The translations under genes were made by a program, and so were the position numbers. A stretch of DNA of 64,000 nt. Source: Dehalococcoidia bacterium (lineage in GTDB: Bacteria > Chloroflexota > Dehalococcoidia > UBA2979). Below, in pieces: positions 38,172 through 48,744 of this stretch. The notes beneath the pieces are model-generated. The model ran no database searches, was not told the DNA's origin, and saw nothing but the letters and a program-made list of their open reading frames with translations. The stretch spans positions 2,383,366 to 2,447,365 of the forward strand of contig CBDCPB010000004.1 in assembly GCA_965220125.1 (NCBI GenBank), read 5' to 3'. Numbering within the stretch: position 1 is the stretch's first letter; each line of letters begins with the position of its first letter.

Positions 38172-39460
38172 CGACGGAACGCGCAGAAGGGCAGACAACG
38201 ATGCTCACGATGGTCGGCGTCAGTCACCGCAACGCGCCGCTGGGTGTGCGCGAGCGCTTCGCGATCCCCGCGGATGCGCTGCCGGACATCCGCCACGAGG
38301 TGGCCGAGCGCTTCGGATCGGGCGCGATCGTCGCCACCTGCAACCGGCTCGAGCTCTACGTGCCCGGCGACCACGAGCCGGGTGAGCTCACGAGCTTCCT
38401 TTGCGCGGCGGCCGATGTCGGCCCGGACGTCGGCGAGCGCTACCTGCTGCCGCGCCGCGACGAGGAGGCGGTGAGCCACCTCTACGCCGTCGCCGCGGGC
38501 ATCGACTCGATGGTGGTCGGCGAGTCCGAGATCCTCGGGCAGGTCCGCTCCTCGTTCGCCGCGACGGTCGCGGCGGGCGCCGACACGGCGCTGCTCTCGC
38601 GCCTCTTCCACACCGCGATCCGCGTCGGGCGGCGCGCCCGCAGCGAGACCGCGATCGGGCACGGCGCGCTCTCGATCTCCTCGATCGCCGCGCAGCAGGC
38701 TCGTGAGCTCGTCGCCGACCCGGCGACCGCCGCGGTGCTTGTCGTCGGCGCCGGCGAGGCGGGGAGGCTGGCCGCCGCCTCGCTCGTCGATCACGGCGTG
38801 GGCTCGATCGCCGTCAGCAACCGCACCACCTCGCGGGCGGAGGCGCTCGCCGAGGAGCTGGGCGGGCGCAGCGTGCCCTACGGAGCACTCGGCGCCGAGC
38901 TGTCCGCGGCCGACGTCGTGATCGCCGCCACCGACGCGCCGGAGCCCGTACTGAACAGCGGCCGCGTCGCGAGTGCGCTCGTGCGCCGCGAGGGCGCGCC
39001 GCAGCTGATCATCGACATCGGGGTGCCGCGCGCCTGCGATCCCGCCGTCGGCGCCATCCCCGGCGTCACCTACCGCGACATCGACGACCTCCAGGAGATC
39101 GCCGCCACGCACGCCCACGCCCGCGCCGCCGAGGTGCGGGCCGTCGAACGGCTCGTCGTGGAGGAGACGGCGCGCTTCCTCGAGTGGTGGGAGCACCTGC
39201 AGGTCGCGCCGACGATCGCCGCGCTCAGCGAGCGCGCCGAGCAGCTGCGCAGCGCCGAGCTGGCGCGCACGCTGCGGCGGCTCGATCTCGACGCCGCGGA
39301 GCGCCAGCGCGTCGAGGCGATGACGAAGGCGCTGGTGCGCCAGATCCTGCACGACCCGATCTCCGCCCTGCGCGAGCGCGGCGACCGCGATGTCTACGTG
39401 GACGCGGTCCGGCACCTCTTCCGCCTCGACGAGCCGGCGGACCCGCCCGCGGCGCCTTGA
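38168..39460 (+). CDS. hemA: glutamyl-tRNA reductase
   Basis: 'VGVSHRNAPLGVRERF', catalytic 'TCNRLELY', and NADPH-binding 'VLVVGAGEAG' motifs; an alternative start at 38201 is possible. Confidence 0.85.
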   Translation: MTTERAEGQTTMLTMVGVSHRNAPLGVRERFAIPADALPDIRHEVAERFGSGAIVATCNRLELYVPGDHEPGELTSFLCAAADVGPDVGERYLLPRRDEEAVSHLYAVAAGIDSMVVGESEILGQVRSSFAATVAAGADTALLSRLFHTAIRVGRRARSETAIGHGALSISSIAAQQARELVADPATAAVLVVGAGEAGRLAAASLVDHGVGSIAVSNRTTSRAEALAEELGGRSVPYGALGAELSAADVVIAATDAPEPVLNSGRVASALVRREGAPQLIIDIGVPRACDPAVGAIPGVTYRDIDDLQEIAATHAHARAAEVRAVERLVVEETARFLEWWEHLQVAPTIAALSERAEQLRSAELARTLRRLDLDAAERQRVEAMTKALVRQILHDPISALRERGDRDVYVDAVRHLFRLDEPADPPAAP

Positions 39461-40368
39461 CCCCGCTGCGCCTCGCCACGCGCGGATCGCGTCTGGCGCT
39501 CGCGCAGAGCGAGCTTGTCGCCGACGCCCTGCGCGCGCAGCAGCCCGGCATCGAGATCGAGCTCGTGCGCGTCAGGACCGAGGGCGACATCGACCGCAGC
39601 TCGCCACTGACGGAGATCGGCGGGCGCGGCGTCTTCGTGCGCGCGGTCGAGCAGGCGCTGCTCGACGGGCGGGCGGACATCGCCGTGCACTCGCTGAAGG
39701 ACGTGCCCACCGCCGCGCCCGAGGGGCTGACGTTGGCCGCGATCCTGCCGCGCGGCGATCCGCGCGACGTGCTCGTCGCCTCGGGCGGGCGGCGGCTTGC
39801 CGCGCTGCCCTCGGGCGCGCGGGTCGGCAGCGGATCGCGGCGGCGCGCGCTGCTGCTGCGCGCGCTGCGCCCGGACATCGAGGTCGCACCGATCCGCGGC
39901 AACGTCGAGACGCGCCTCGGCAGGGTGGCGAGCGGGGAGTACGACGCCGTCGTGCTGGCGGCGGCCGGCCTCGCGCGCCTCGGACGGCTCGACGAGGCGA
40001 CGCAGCTGTTCGAGCCGATGGAGTTCCTGCCCTCGCCGGGGCAGGGCGCGCTCGCCGTGCAGTGCCGCAACGACGACGCGGCCACGCGCGAGCTGCTGGC
40101 GAGCCTCGACGACGCGCCCACTCGCGCCGCCGTCGAGGCCGAGCGCGGCATCCTCGCCGAGCTGGGCAGCGGCTGTTCCGTGCCCGTCGGGGCCTACGCG
40201 CAGGTCGCGGACGGCCTGCTCGCGCTGCGCGCGATGATCGGCGACGACTCCGGCGAGCAGGCGAGCTTCGGCGACGCCGCCGGCCCCGTGGACGCGGCCG
40301 AGGAGCTCGGCCGCGGCCTCGCGGCGCAGCTCGGCGCGGCCCCGGCCGCCGGGGACGAGCCGCAGTGA
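39457..40368 (+). CDS. hemC: hydroxymethylbilane synthase (porphobilinogen deaminase)
   Basis: 'LRLATRGSRLALAQS', 'GGRGVFVRAVEQALLDGRADIAVHSLKDVPT' and the C-terminal 'GSGCSVPVGAYA' cofactor-cysteine motif. TTG start overlaps the hemA stop. Confidence 0.85.
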   Translation: MTPLRLATRGSRLALAQSELVADALRAQQPGIEIELVRVRTEGDIDRSSPLTEIGGRGVFVRAVEQALLDGRADIAVHSLKDVPTAAPEGLTLAAILPRGDPRDVLVASGGRRLAALPSGARVGSGSRRRALLLRALRPDIEVAPIRGNVETRLGRVASGEYDAVVLAAAGLARLGRLDEATQLFEPMEFLPSPGQGALAVQCRNDDAATRELLASLDDAPTRAAVEAERGILAELGSGCSVPVGAYAQVADGLLALRAMIGDDSGEQASFGDAAGPVDAAEELGRGLAAQLGAAPAAGDEPQ

Positions 40369-41906
40369 GCGCGCCCCAGCCCGAGGCCGGCCGCGTCTGG
40401 TTCGTCGGAGCGGGGCCGGGCGATCCGGGCCTGGTGACGCAGGGCGGCCTGCAGGCGCTGCGCGAGGCCGAGGTCGTGCTCTACGACCGCCTCGCCCCGG
40501 CCGCGCTGCTCGATGCCTGCGCCGCTGGCGCGGAGCGCATCGACGTCGGCAAGGCGCCGGGCCGCGTGGCGATGACACAGGAGCAGATCAACGCCGCGCT
40601 CGTCGCGCACGCGCGCGCGGGCAAGCGCGTCGTGCGCCTCAAGGGCGGCGACCCGTTCGTCTTCGGGCGCGGCGGCGAGGAGTTGGAGGCGCTCGCGGAC
40701 GCGGGCATCGAGGCGACCGTCGTGCCGGGGGTGACCTCGGCGATCGGCGGGGTCGCGGCGGCCGGCATCCCCGTCACGCATCGCGGCGTCGCCGCCAGCT
40801 TCGCCGTCGTCACCGGCCACGAGGACCCCGCCAAGCCCGCCGCGCAGGTGCGCTGGGCCGAGCTGGCGACGGCAACCGACACGCTCGTCGTGCTGATGGG
40901 CGTCGGCCGCCTCGAGGGCATCGCCCGCGCGCTGATCGAGGGCGGACGGCCGCCCGCGACGCCGAGCGCGCTGATCGTCGAGGCGACGACGCCGCGCCAG
41001 CGCGTCGTCGAGGCGCCGCTCGCGGAGATCGCGGCGGCGGCGCGCGAAGCCGGGGTGCAGCCTCCGGCGCTGCTCGTCGTCGGCGAGGTCGTCGCGCTGC
41101 GCGAGCGCCTCGCGCCGGCGCTGCGCCGTCCGCTGGCCGGCTGGCGCGTGCTGGTGACGCGCACGCGGCGGCAGGCCTCGAGCCTCGCCGAGGCGCTGCG
41201 CGCCGAGGGCGCCGAGCCCGTGCTGCTGCCCGCGATCGAGATCGCCCGCCGCGCCGACCCCGAGGCGGTGCGCGCCGCCATCGAGGCGCTGCGCGCGGGC
41301 GCCTACGACTGGGTCGCGTTCACCTCCGGCAACGCCGTCGAGGCCTGGTTCGACCTCGTGCGCGAGGCGGGCGAGGACGCGCGGCTCTTCTCTGGCGCCC
41401 GCATCGCCGCCGTCGGCATCGCGACGGCGCGTGCCCTCGAAGCGCGCGGGCTCGCCGCCGACCTGCTGCCGCCGCGCGCGAGCGGCGGGGGCGTGGCCGA
41501 GGCGCTGCTGGAGTGCGGCGTCGAGGGCGCGCGCGTGCTCCTGCCCCGCGCCGAGCGCGCCGATCCGGCGCTGGTCGAGCGCCTGCGGGCCGCGGGCGCC
41601 TCGGTGGACGAGGTCACGCTCTACCTCGCCGCCCCGCCCGCCGACCCGCCGCCGGAGGTGCTGGCGGCGCTGCGCGCGGGCGAGATCGAGGCGCTGACGT
41701 TCACCTCGTCCTCGACGGTGCGCAATCTCGCCGCCCTGCTCGGCGGCGACCTCGACGCCCTGCGCAACGCCGTCGTCGCCTGCATCGGCCCGCAGACCGC
41801 CGAGGCCGCACGCGAGGCGGGCCTGCCCCCGCACGTGGTCGCCGAGCACGCCTCGGTCGACGCACTCGTGGCGGCGCTGCGAAGATACGCGGCGGGGGAG
41901 GCGTGA
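40365..41906 (+). CDS. cobA-hemD: fused uroporphyrinogen-III C-methyltransferase / uroporphyrinogen-III synthase
   Basis: N-terminal SAM-dependent tetrapyrrole methylase ('VWFVGAGPGDPGLVT', 'VVRLKGGDPFVFGRGGEE') joined to a C-terminal HemD-like domain ('WRVLVTRTRRQASSLAEAL..'). Confidence 0.85.
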   Translation: MSAPQPEAGRVWFVGAGPGDPGLVTQGGLQALREAEVVLYDRLAPAALLDACAAGAERIDVGKAPGRVAMTQEQINAALVAHARAGKRVVRLKGGDPFVFGRGGEELEALADAGIEATVVPGVTSAIGGVAAAGIPVTHRGVAASFAVVTGHEDPAKPAAQVRWAELATATDTLVVLMGVGRLEGIARALIEGGRPPATPSALIVEATTPRQRVVEAPLAEIAAAAREAGVQPPALLVVGEVVALRERLAPALRRPLAGWRVLVTRTRRQASSLAEALRAEGAEPVLLPAIEIARRADPEAVRAAIEALRAGAYDWVAFTSGNAVEAWFDLVREAGEDARLFSGARIAAVGIATARALEARGLAADLLPPRASGGGVAEALLECGVEGARVLLPRAERADPALVERLRAAGASVDEVTLYLAAPPADPPPEVLAALRAGEIEALTFTSSSTVRNLAALLGGDLDALRNAVVACIGPQTAEAAREAGLPPHVVAEHASVDALVAALRRYAAGEA

Positions 41907-42913
41907 TGGCGACCAAGTCTGAGTTAGGCACGCTGCAATACATCGAACCAAGAAACGTCTGGGAGCACGAAGCGCATGACTTCACGCCTTGGCTTGAGGA
42001 GAACATCGACCTGCTCGGCGATGCGATAGGGCTGGATATAGAGATCACTGGCCGTGAGGTGGCCGTCGGGAGCTTCAGCCTCGACCTCCTCGGGAAGGAA
42101 GCCAATACCGAACGCACCGTGATCATCGAGAACCAACTGGAGCGAACGGATCACGATCACCTCGGCAAGACCCTCACGTACGCTGCGGGCCTCGATGCGC
42201 GGGTCATTGTATGGGTCAGCAGCGATGTCCGGGACGAGCACCGCGAGGCCATCCATTGGCTCAACGAACACACCGCTGAGACTGTTAGCTTCTTCGCCGT
42301 CGAAATCGAGATCCTCCGGATCGGCGAATCCCTGCCGGCCCTCCGGCTGAACGTCGTTGCTCAGCCCAGCGAGTTTCAGCGAGAAGTCGTCAGGAAGTCG
42401 GTGGCTCCGCCCACAGCCAGACAAACCGCATACCAGACATTCTTCACCAAGTTGGTGGAGGCGTTGCACTCAGCGCACCCAGGGTTCACACGAGTTCGCG
42501 CGGACAGCGTGAGCACAGCAACGGGCAAGAACTTCTCGACCGGAGTGCAAGGGCTAACTGTTGGCGCATGGTTCTCGGGCGGCGGGGAGCTCTGGGTGGA
42601 GACTTGGATCGCCGTGGGATCTAAGGAGCAGAACAAGATCGCTTTCGAGAGGCTCTACAATCAGCGCGAAGTGATCGAAGACACTGTGGGCGGACCGTTG
42701 ACTTGGGAGAAGAAGGAAGACCGCAAGGGCTCGCGCGTGTCGCTGCGCAGACCCGGCTCGATAGATTCGTCAGAATCTGAACTCCAAGGCCTCTCGGAGT
42801 GGGCCGTCGACCTCCTCCCCAAGTTCCGCGATGCCTTCGCTCCTCGTATAGCGGCCCTCGACCTCGACGCCCTCGTCGCCGACGCCACCAGGGACAACAG
42901 GTTTCGTCTATGA
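41906..42913 (+). CDS. PD-(D/E)XK (NucS/DUF91-like) nuclease-fold protein with a C-terminal domain I recall as DUF4268
   Basis: '[38 protein letters not shown]' is the D...E-x-Q/K restriction-endonuclease-like core. ATGA overlap with the cobA-hemD stop. Local GC is clearly lower (~57%) than the surrounding hem genes. Confidence 0.55.
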   Translation: MATKSELGTLQYIEPRNVWEHEAHDFTPWLEENIDLLGDAIGLDIEITGREVAVGSFSLDLLGKEANTERTVIIENQLERTDHDHLGKTLTYAAGLDARVIVWVSSDVRDEHREAIHWLNEHTAETVSFFAVEIEILRIGESLPALRLNVVAQPSEFQREVVRKSVAPPTARQTAYQTFFTKLVEALHSAHPGFTRVRADSVSTATGKNFSTGVQGLTVGAWFSGGGELWVETWIAVGSKEQNKIAFERLYNQREVIEDTVGGPLTWEKKEDRKGSRVSLRRPGSIDSSESELQGLSEWAVDLLPKFRDAFAPRIAALDLDALVADATRDNRFRL

Positions 42914-42974
42914 CGAACCCACAGACGGCCTGCCGGCACTCCGGCCTCCCGAAGCGCACGAGGAGGACAGCCCC

Positions 42975-43973
42975 ATGACCATCGCCACACGCACGCGGGC
43001 GTTCGCGCGCACGAGGAGGCTGCGCAGCTCCGAGGCGCTGCGCGGGCTGGTGCGCGAGACGCGGCTCGACCCGGCCTCCTTCGTCTATCCGCTGTTCGTG
43101 ACCGAGGGGCGCGGCGTGCGCCAGCCGATCGAGTCGATGCCCGGGCAGGCGCGGCTCTCGACCGACATGCTCGCCGCGGAGGCGGCGGAGTTGCGCGATC
43201 TCGGCGTGCGCGCGGTGCTGCTGTTCGGCGTGCCCGACCTCAAGGACGCCGAGGGCAGCGGCGCCTGGGCGAGCGACGGCATCACGCAGCAGGCGATCGC
43301 GGCGCTCAAGCAGGCCGACCCCTCGCTGGCCGTAATCGCCGACGTCTGCCTCTGCGAGTACACGGACCACGGGCACTGCGGACCGATCAGCGCGCGTGGC
43401 GAGGTGGAGAACGACGCCGCGATCGAGTTGCTCGCGCGCACCTCGGTCTCGCTCGCCGAGGCAGGCGTGGACATGGTCGCGCCCTCGGACATGATGGACG
43501 GGCGCGTCGGCGCGATCCGCGAGGCGCTCGACGAGTCCGGCTTCGCGCAGTTGCCGATCATGGCCTACAGCGCGAAGTACGCCTCGGCCTTCTACGGGCC
43601 GTTCCGCGAGGCTGCCGACTCGGCCCCGCAGTTCGGCGACCGCCGCGGCTACCAGATGGACCCGCCGAACGTGCGCGAGGCCGTGCGTGAGGCCGCGATC
43701 GACATCGCCGAGCAGGCCGACATCGTGATGGTGAAGCCGGCGCTCGCCTACCTCGACGTGGTGCGCGCGGTGCGCGACTCGACCGAACTGCCGCTCGCGG
43801 CGTACAACGTCTCCGGCGAGTACGCGATGTTGAAGGCGGCGGCCGCACAGGGCTGGATCGACGAGCGCGGCGCCGTCCTCGAGGCGCTGACCGGGATCCG
43901 CCGCGCCGGCGCCGACATCCTGATCACGTACCACGCGAAGGAGGCGGCGCGCTGGCTACGCGAGACGCGGTGA
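42975..43973 (+). CDS. hemB: porphobilinogen synthase (delta-aminolevulinate dehydratase)
   Basis: 'FVYPLFV', Zn-site '[14 protein letters not shown]', active-site Lys region '[12 protein letters not shown]' and 'YNVSGEYAM'. Confidence 0.9.
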   Translation: MTIATRTRAFARTRRLRSSEALRGLVRETRLDPASFVYPLFVTEGRGVRQPIESMPGQARLSTDMLAAEAAELRDLGVRAVLLFGVPDLKDAEGSGAWASDGITQQAIAALKQADPSLAVIADVCLCEYTDHGHCGPISARGEVENDAAIELLARTSVSLAEAGVDMVAPSDMMDGRVGAIREALDESGFAQLPIMAYSAKYASAFYGPFREAADSAPQFGDRRGYQMDPPNVREAVREAAIDIAEQADIVMVKPALAYLDVVRAVRDSTELPLAAYNVSGEYAMLKAAAAQGWIDERGAVLEALTGIRRAGADILITYHAKEAARWLRETR

Positions 43974-44794
43974 CGACGACCGACGAGGCGCCCGCCGAGG
44001 GAGCGTCGGGGGAGGGGGCGCCCTTCGACGCGGGCGCGATTCGCGCCGTGGCCTTCGACGGCTACGGCACGCTCCTCGACTGGGACTTCCGTGTCGCGCT
44101 GCGCGAGGCGCTCGACCAGCAGGGCCTCGCCGTCGAGGACTTCGACGCGACGGCGAAGAGCTTCGCGAAGGCCTGGAACAGCGTCAGCCCCTGGGGCGAC
44201 CGCGTCGACGACGAGGGCAAACCGGACCGCGAGTACATGCTCCACGGCCCCGTGCCCGAGTTCATCACCACCTGGGAGATCTGGCGGCGCCAGTTTGCCT
44301 GGGTCTTCGAGGACCAGGGCCTCGACGGCGACCCGGCCGCCGGCGCGAACCACTTCCGCGAGGTGCTGAGCCACGCACCGGCCTACCCCGGCACGCGCGA
44401 CGTAGTGGATGCCCTCGATGCAGCCGGCTACCGGCTCGCGCTGCTCTCGAACGCGGACGAGGACTTCCTGCAGAGCGCCATCTCGCACAACCGGCTGCGC
44501 TTCTCCGTTATCCAGTCTTCCGAATCGCTGCGGAACTACAAGCCGCATCGCGCCGTCTTCGACGAGACGTGCCACCGCCTCGGCTGCGACCCCGCCGAGG
44601 TGCTCTACGTCGGCGACTCGCCGCAGGCCGACGTGCTGGGCGCCGACCACGCCGGGCTGCCCGTCGCCTGGGTGCGACGCGAGGAGGACGCCGAACTGGC
44701 CGAGGACTTGCCCACGCCGGCCCTCGAGGTGACCGAACTGTCCGAGGTGGCAGAGGCGCTCGGCGTACCGCTGCGGAGCGCGGTCGCCCCGTGA
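43970..44794 (+). CDS. HAD-superfamily hydrolase (haloacid dehalogenase-like)
   Basis: '[11 protein letters not shown]' motif I, 'LSNADE' motif II region and '[13 protein letters not shown]' motif IV. Sits between hemB and hemL with start and stop overlaps. Confidence 0.75.
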   Translation: MTTTDEAPAEGASGEGAPFDAGAIRAVAFDGYGTLLDWDFRVALREALDQQGLAVEDFDATAKSFAKAWNSVSPWGDRVDDEGKPDREYMLHGPVPEFITTWEIWRRQFAWVFEDQGLDGDPAAGANHFREVLSHAPAYPGTRDVVDALDAAGYRLALLSNADEDFLQSAISHNRLRFSVIQSSESLRNYKPHRAVFDETCHRLGCDPAEVLYVGDSPQADVLGADHAGLPVAWVRREEDAELAEDLPTPALEVTELSEVAEALGVPLRSAVAP

Positions 44795-46110
44795 GTGCGG
44801 AGGCGTCAGGCCGCCCACTCGAGCGCTCGCGCGCGCTGATGGCGCGGGCGCAGGCCGTGCTCCCCGGCGGCGTCAACTCGCCCGCGCGCGCCTACCGCGC
44901 CGTCGGCGGCGACCCGGTCGTGCTCGCCAGCGGCGCGGGCGCGATCGTCACGGACGCGGATGGCAACGAGTACATCGACTACCTCGGATCGTTCGGTCCG
45001 CTGATCCTCGGCCACGCGCACCCGGTGGTGGTCGATGCGGTGGCGCAGGCGGCGGCGCGCGGCACCTCCTTCGGCGCGCCGACCGAGGCGGAGCTGGAGC
45101 TGGCGGAACTGGTCGTCGAGGCGCTGCCCTCGGTGGAGATGGTGCGCCTCGTCAACTCCGGAACCGAGGCGGTGATGAGCGCGCTGCGGCTCGCCCGCGC
45201 GGCCACCGGGCGCGACCTGATCGTGAAGTTCGAGGGCGGCTACCACGGCCACTCGGACGGGCTGCTCGCCGCCGCCGGGTCGGGCGTCGCCACCCTCGGG
45301 CTGCCGGACTCGCCCGGCGTGCCGGCCGCCTTCGCCGCGCAGACGCTGCTCGCCCCCTACAACGACGCCGCGGCCGTCGAGGCGATCTTCGAGGCGCATC
45401 CCGGCGCCGTCGCCGCCGTCATCGTCGAGCCAGTCGCCGGCAACATGGGCGTCGTGCCGCCGCGCGACGGCTTCCTCGAGGCGCTGCGGCGGCTCTGCGA
45501 CGCGCACGGCGCGCTGCTCGTCTTCGACGAGGTGATCACCGGCTTCCGCGTCGGCTGGTCCGGCGCGCAGGGCCGCTACGGCGTGCGCCCGGACCTCACG
45601 ACGCTCGGCAAGGTGATCGGCGGCGGCCTGCCGGTCGGCGCCTACGGCGGACCGCGCGAGCTGCTGGAGCAGATGGCGCCGGCCGGCGGCGTCTACCAGG
45701 CAGGCACGCTCTCCGGTAATCCGCTGGCGACGGCGGCCGGCCTCGCGACGCTGCGCACGCTGCAGGCCGACGAGGCCGCCTACGCGCGCCTCGAGGCGCT
45801 CGGCGCGCAGCTCGCCGACGGCGTCGCAGACGCGGCGCGCGAGGCGGGCGTGCCGTTCGCGGTCGCGCGCGTCGGGTCGGCGCTGACCGGCTTCTTCCGC
45901 GCCGAGGCGCCGGGCGACTACGCCGAAGCGGCGCAGAGCGACACCGCGCGCTTCGCCCGCTTCCACCGCGCGCTGCTCGATGGCGGCGTCATGCTGCCGC
46001 CCTCGCAGTTCGAGGCCTGGTTCGTCTCCCTCGCCCACGACGAGGCGCTGATCGAGCGCACCGTCGAGGCCGTCGCCGGCGCGCTGCGCGAGGCCGCCTC
46101 CGAGGCGTAG
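44791..46110 (+). CDS. hemL: glutamate-1-semialdehyde 2,1-aminomutase
   Basis: '[12 protein letters not shown]', '[10 protein letters not shown]', 'VNSGTEA' and PLP-lysine region '[19 protein letters not shown]'; GTG start overlaps the HAD stop. Confidence 0.9.
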   Translation: MSAEASGRPLERSRALMARAQAVLPGGVNSPARAYRAVGGDPVVLASGAGAIVTDADGNEYIDYLGSFGPLILGHAHPVVVDAVAQAAARGTSFGAPTEAELELAELVVEALPSVEMVRLVNSGTEAVMSALRLARAATGRDLIVKFEGGYHGHSDGLLAAAGSGVATLGLPDSPGVPAAFAAQTLLAPYNDAAAVEAIFEAHPGAVAAVIVEPVAGNMGVVPPRDGFLEALRRLCDAHGALLVFDEVITGFRVGWSGAQGRYGVRPDLTTLGKVIGGGLPVGAYGGPRELLEQMAPAGGVYQAGTLSGNPLATAAGLATLRTLQADEAAYARLEALGAQLADGVADAAREAGVPFAVARVGSALTGFFRAEAPGDYAEAAQSDTARFARFHRALLDGGVMLPPSQFEAWFVSLAHDEALIERTVEAVAGALREAASEA

Positions 46111-46290
46111 CGCCTTCGCGAGCCCGCTCTCCGGGCTTCGGGAACCCAGCGCCCCCCTGCGACGTACTCTACCTATGACTACTCGGGCAGGGCGGCGCTC
46201 CGCACGGACTCCGCAACCGGGAGGCGCCGGATGAGAGCGCTGATCCTCGCAATAGGCATCGTCCTGTCCGTCGCCGCCCTTGCTGCCTCC
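46026..46290. repeat. segmental duplication copy A (hemL 3' end + intergenic promoter + signal-peptide start), paired with 48745-49050
   Basis: ~80% identity to 48745-49050, including a degenerate copy of the hemL C-terminus ([14 protein letters not shown]...ASEA*) and the shared start 'atgagagc(g/a)(c/t)tgatcctcgcaat(a/c)ggcatcgtcctg'. Confidence 0.65.
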
Positions 46291-48702
46291 AGCGCCCTCG
46301 CGTCAGCGTCGCCGGCGCCGTCCGGCGATTCGCAGCCCGCTGTCGTTGCCCAGCCCCACGACACGTCGCCGCCGGGCAGTTCGTTCACCTCGATCAGCGC
46401 CGGGACGCTCCACAGCTGCGGGCTCAGGACCGGCGGTTCCGTCGTCTGCTGGGGCTGGGACTTCTATGAGCAGTCCACGCCGCCCGCTGGTTCCTTCACC
46501 TCCGTTAGCGCCGGGGGGTTCCACAACTGCGGGTTGAAGGCCGGCGGCCTGGCAGAGTGCTGGGGCTGGGGTGGGTTGCGCCAGTCGACGCCGCCCAGCG
46601 ATCCCCTCGCGTCCGTCAGTGCCGGGCGGTTCCACACCTGCGGAGTGACGAGCGAGGGTGCGGTCCTCTGCTGGGGCAGGAACAACGAGGGCCAGACCAC
46701 GCCGCCTGACGGCTCGTTCGCCTCGGTCAGCGCCGGAGGAGACCACAGCTGCGGGGTGACAACGGAGGGGGCCGTGCGCTGCTGGGGCAAGAACGACCAG
46801 GGTCAGGCCACCCCGCCTGACGGCTCGTTCGCCTCGGTCAGCGCCGGAGGAGACCACAGCTGCGGGGTGACGACGGAGGGCGCGGTGCGCTGCTGGGGCA
46901 AGAACGACGATGGCCAGGCCACGCCGCACCTCGGCGCCTTCAGCTCAGTCAGTGCCGGTGACGATCACAGTTGCGGCGTGAGGACCGACGAGGCAGTCGT
47001 CTGCTGGGGCAGCGACGAATGGGGCCAGGTCCCGCCGCCCGGCGGCGCCTTCGGCTCCGTCAATGCTGGAGGGAGCCACAGCTGCGGGGTCGAGACCGGC
47101 GGCGCTGTCGTGTGCTGGGGCCTGGATTCACATGGACAGTCCACGCCCCCAGGCCGCGCCTACCTATCGATCAGCGTCGGTCATGAGCACACCTGTGGGG
47201 TGCGCGCTGATGGTTCGCTGCTCTGCTGGGGCCGGAACAACGAGGGCCAGGCCACGCCACCCGACGGCGCCTTTACCTCTGTCAGCGTCGGCATGTGGTC
47301 CAGTTGCGCGGTGAAGACCAACCGGTCTGTCTCGTGCTGGGGCAGGAACGACGACGGGGAGGCCTCGCCGCCGGAAGGTTCGTTCACCTCGGTGACCGTT
47401 GGGCCGAGCCATGCTTGCGGGCTGACGACGGACATGGCCGTCGTGTGCTGGGGTGACGGATCCTTCGGCAAGACCTCGCCGCCAGCCGGATCCTTCACAT
47501 CCATAGGCGCCGGCTGGGCCCTCACCTGCGGCGTGAAGACCGACAGCTCGATCGCGTGCTGGGGCTGGGATGTGGATGGCCGAACTTTGGTCCCCGCTGG
47601 CTCGTTCGCCTCGATCAGCGTTGGTGCGCACCACGCTTGTGGGGTGAGAACCGACAGCACGGTCGCATGTTGGGGCAGGAACGACCACGGGGAGGCCTCG
47701 CCGCCGGCCGGCTCGTTCACCGCCGTCAGCGCCGGCGCGGAGCACAGTTGCGGGATCAAGACCAATGGCTCGGTCGTGTGCTGGGGCGGCGACATCTCCG
47801 GCGAGACCTCGCCGCCCGGGGGCGCCTTCAACTCCCTGAGCGCCGGATTGCACTACAGCTGCGGTGTGAAGGCCGCCGGTCCAGCCGTGTGCTGGGGCCG
47901 AGGGGTCAATGGCCATGCCTTGCCGCCGCACGAGGCCCACCCGCCCGCCGGGGCCTTCAGCTCCCTCAGCGGCGGACCTTCTCACACCTGCGGGTTGAAG
48001 CCCGACGGTACCGTCGCCTGCTGGGGAAGGGACGCCGATGGGCGGGTCTTGTCGCCGGTCGGCTCGTTCATCTCCCTCAGCGCCGGGTTGCGCCAGACCT
48101 GCGCGGTGCGGACCGACGGCGCCATCGCGTGCTGGGGATGGGGCGCTGGAGTGCGAGGCTCGCCGCCTGGCGGCTCGTTCAGCTCAGTCAGCGTCGGGAC
48201 TGACCACGCCTGCGGCGTACGGACGGACGGCTCAGTCCGCTGCTGGGGCGGGAACTGGGATGGTCAAAGTTCGCCGCCCGACGACTCATTCACCTCCGTC
48301 AGCGCCGGCGGGAACCACACCTGTGGGTTGCGGGCCGACGGTTCGGTCGTCTGCTGGGGTTGGGACGCCCAGGGCGAAGCCACGCCGCCGACCGGTTCGT
48401 TCACGGCCCTCAGCGCCGGGTGGGACCACACATGCGGGCTATTGGCCGATGGCTCGGTCGCCTGCTGGGGAGGTAACGATCACGGAAAGGCAGTGCCGCC
48501 GGCGGGCTCCTTCAATTCCGTCAGCGCAGGATGGCACCACACCTGTGGCCTGCGGACGGACGGTACCGTTGCATGCTGGGGCTACGACTACCACGGCCAG
48601 TCTTCGCCCCCCGATGGCTCCTTTGCTTCCGTCAGCGCCGGTTCAGTCCACAGCTGCGGGGTGAAGACGGACGGGACCGTTGTGTGCTGGGGCATGGACT
48701 GA
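46231..48702 (+). CDS. secreted RCC1-like (BLIP-II/beta-propeller) repeat protein, 823 aa with ~26 tandem repeats
   Basis: Signal peptide then ~29-aa units 'GSF(T/A)SVSAGxxHSCGVxTDGSVVCWGxNxxGQ(S/A)TPP', the RCC1/alpha-tubulin-suppressor repeat signature. Confidence 0.8.
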   Translation: MRALILAIGIVLSVAALAASSALASASPAPSGDSQPAVVAQPHDTSPPGSSFTSISAGTLHSCGLRTGGSVVCWGWDFYEQSTPPAGSFTSVSAGGFHNCGLKAGGLAECWGWGGLRQSTPPSDPLASVSAGRFHTCGVTSEGAVLCWGRNNEGQTTPPDGSFASVSAGGDHSCGVTTEGAVRCWGKNDQGQATPPDGSFASVSAGGDHSCGVTTEGAVRCWGKNDDGQATPHLGAFSSVSAGDDHSCGVRTDEAVVCWGSDEWGQVPPPGGAFGSVNAGGSHSCGVETGGAVVCWGLDSHGQSTPPGRAYLSISVGHEHTCGVRADGSLLCWGRNNEGQATPPDGAFTSVSVGMWSSCAVKTNRSVSCWGRNDDGEASPPEGSFTSVTVGPSHACGLTTDMAVVCWGDGSFGKTSPPAGSFTSIGAGWALTCGVKTDSSIACWGWDVDGRTLVPAGSFASISVGAHHACGVRTDSTVACWGRNDHGEASPPAGSFTAVSAGAEHSCGIKTNGSVVCWGGDISGETSPPGGAFNSLSAGLHYSCGVKAAGPAVCWGRGVNGHALPPHEAHPPAGAFSSLSGGPSHTCGLKPDGTVACWGRDADGRVLSPVGSFISLSAGLRQTCAVRTDGAIACWGWGAGVRGSPPGGSFSSVSVGTDHACGVRTDGSVRCWGGNWDGQSSPPDDSFTSVSAGGNHTCGLRADGSVVCWGWDAQGEATPPTGSFTALSAGWDHTCGLLADGSVACWGGNDHGKAVPPAGSFNSVSAGWHHTCGLRTDGTVACWGYDYHGQSSPPDGSFASVSAGSVHSCGVKTDGTVVCWGMD

Positions 48703-48744
48703 GGGCCGGGGCAACCGTCTGCCAGCGCGAACCCGCCGCTGGCA

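Noticed and set aside
46280-48664. Alternative-frame ORFs inside the RCC1-repeat gene (46280-46537, 46303-46929-, 47164-47985-, 47556-48203+, 48038-48664+)
   Set aside because: The repetitive coding sequence produces stop-free alternative frames; only the frame giving the 29-aa RCC1-type periodicity with conserved CWG/SCG motifs is credible.
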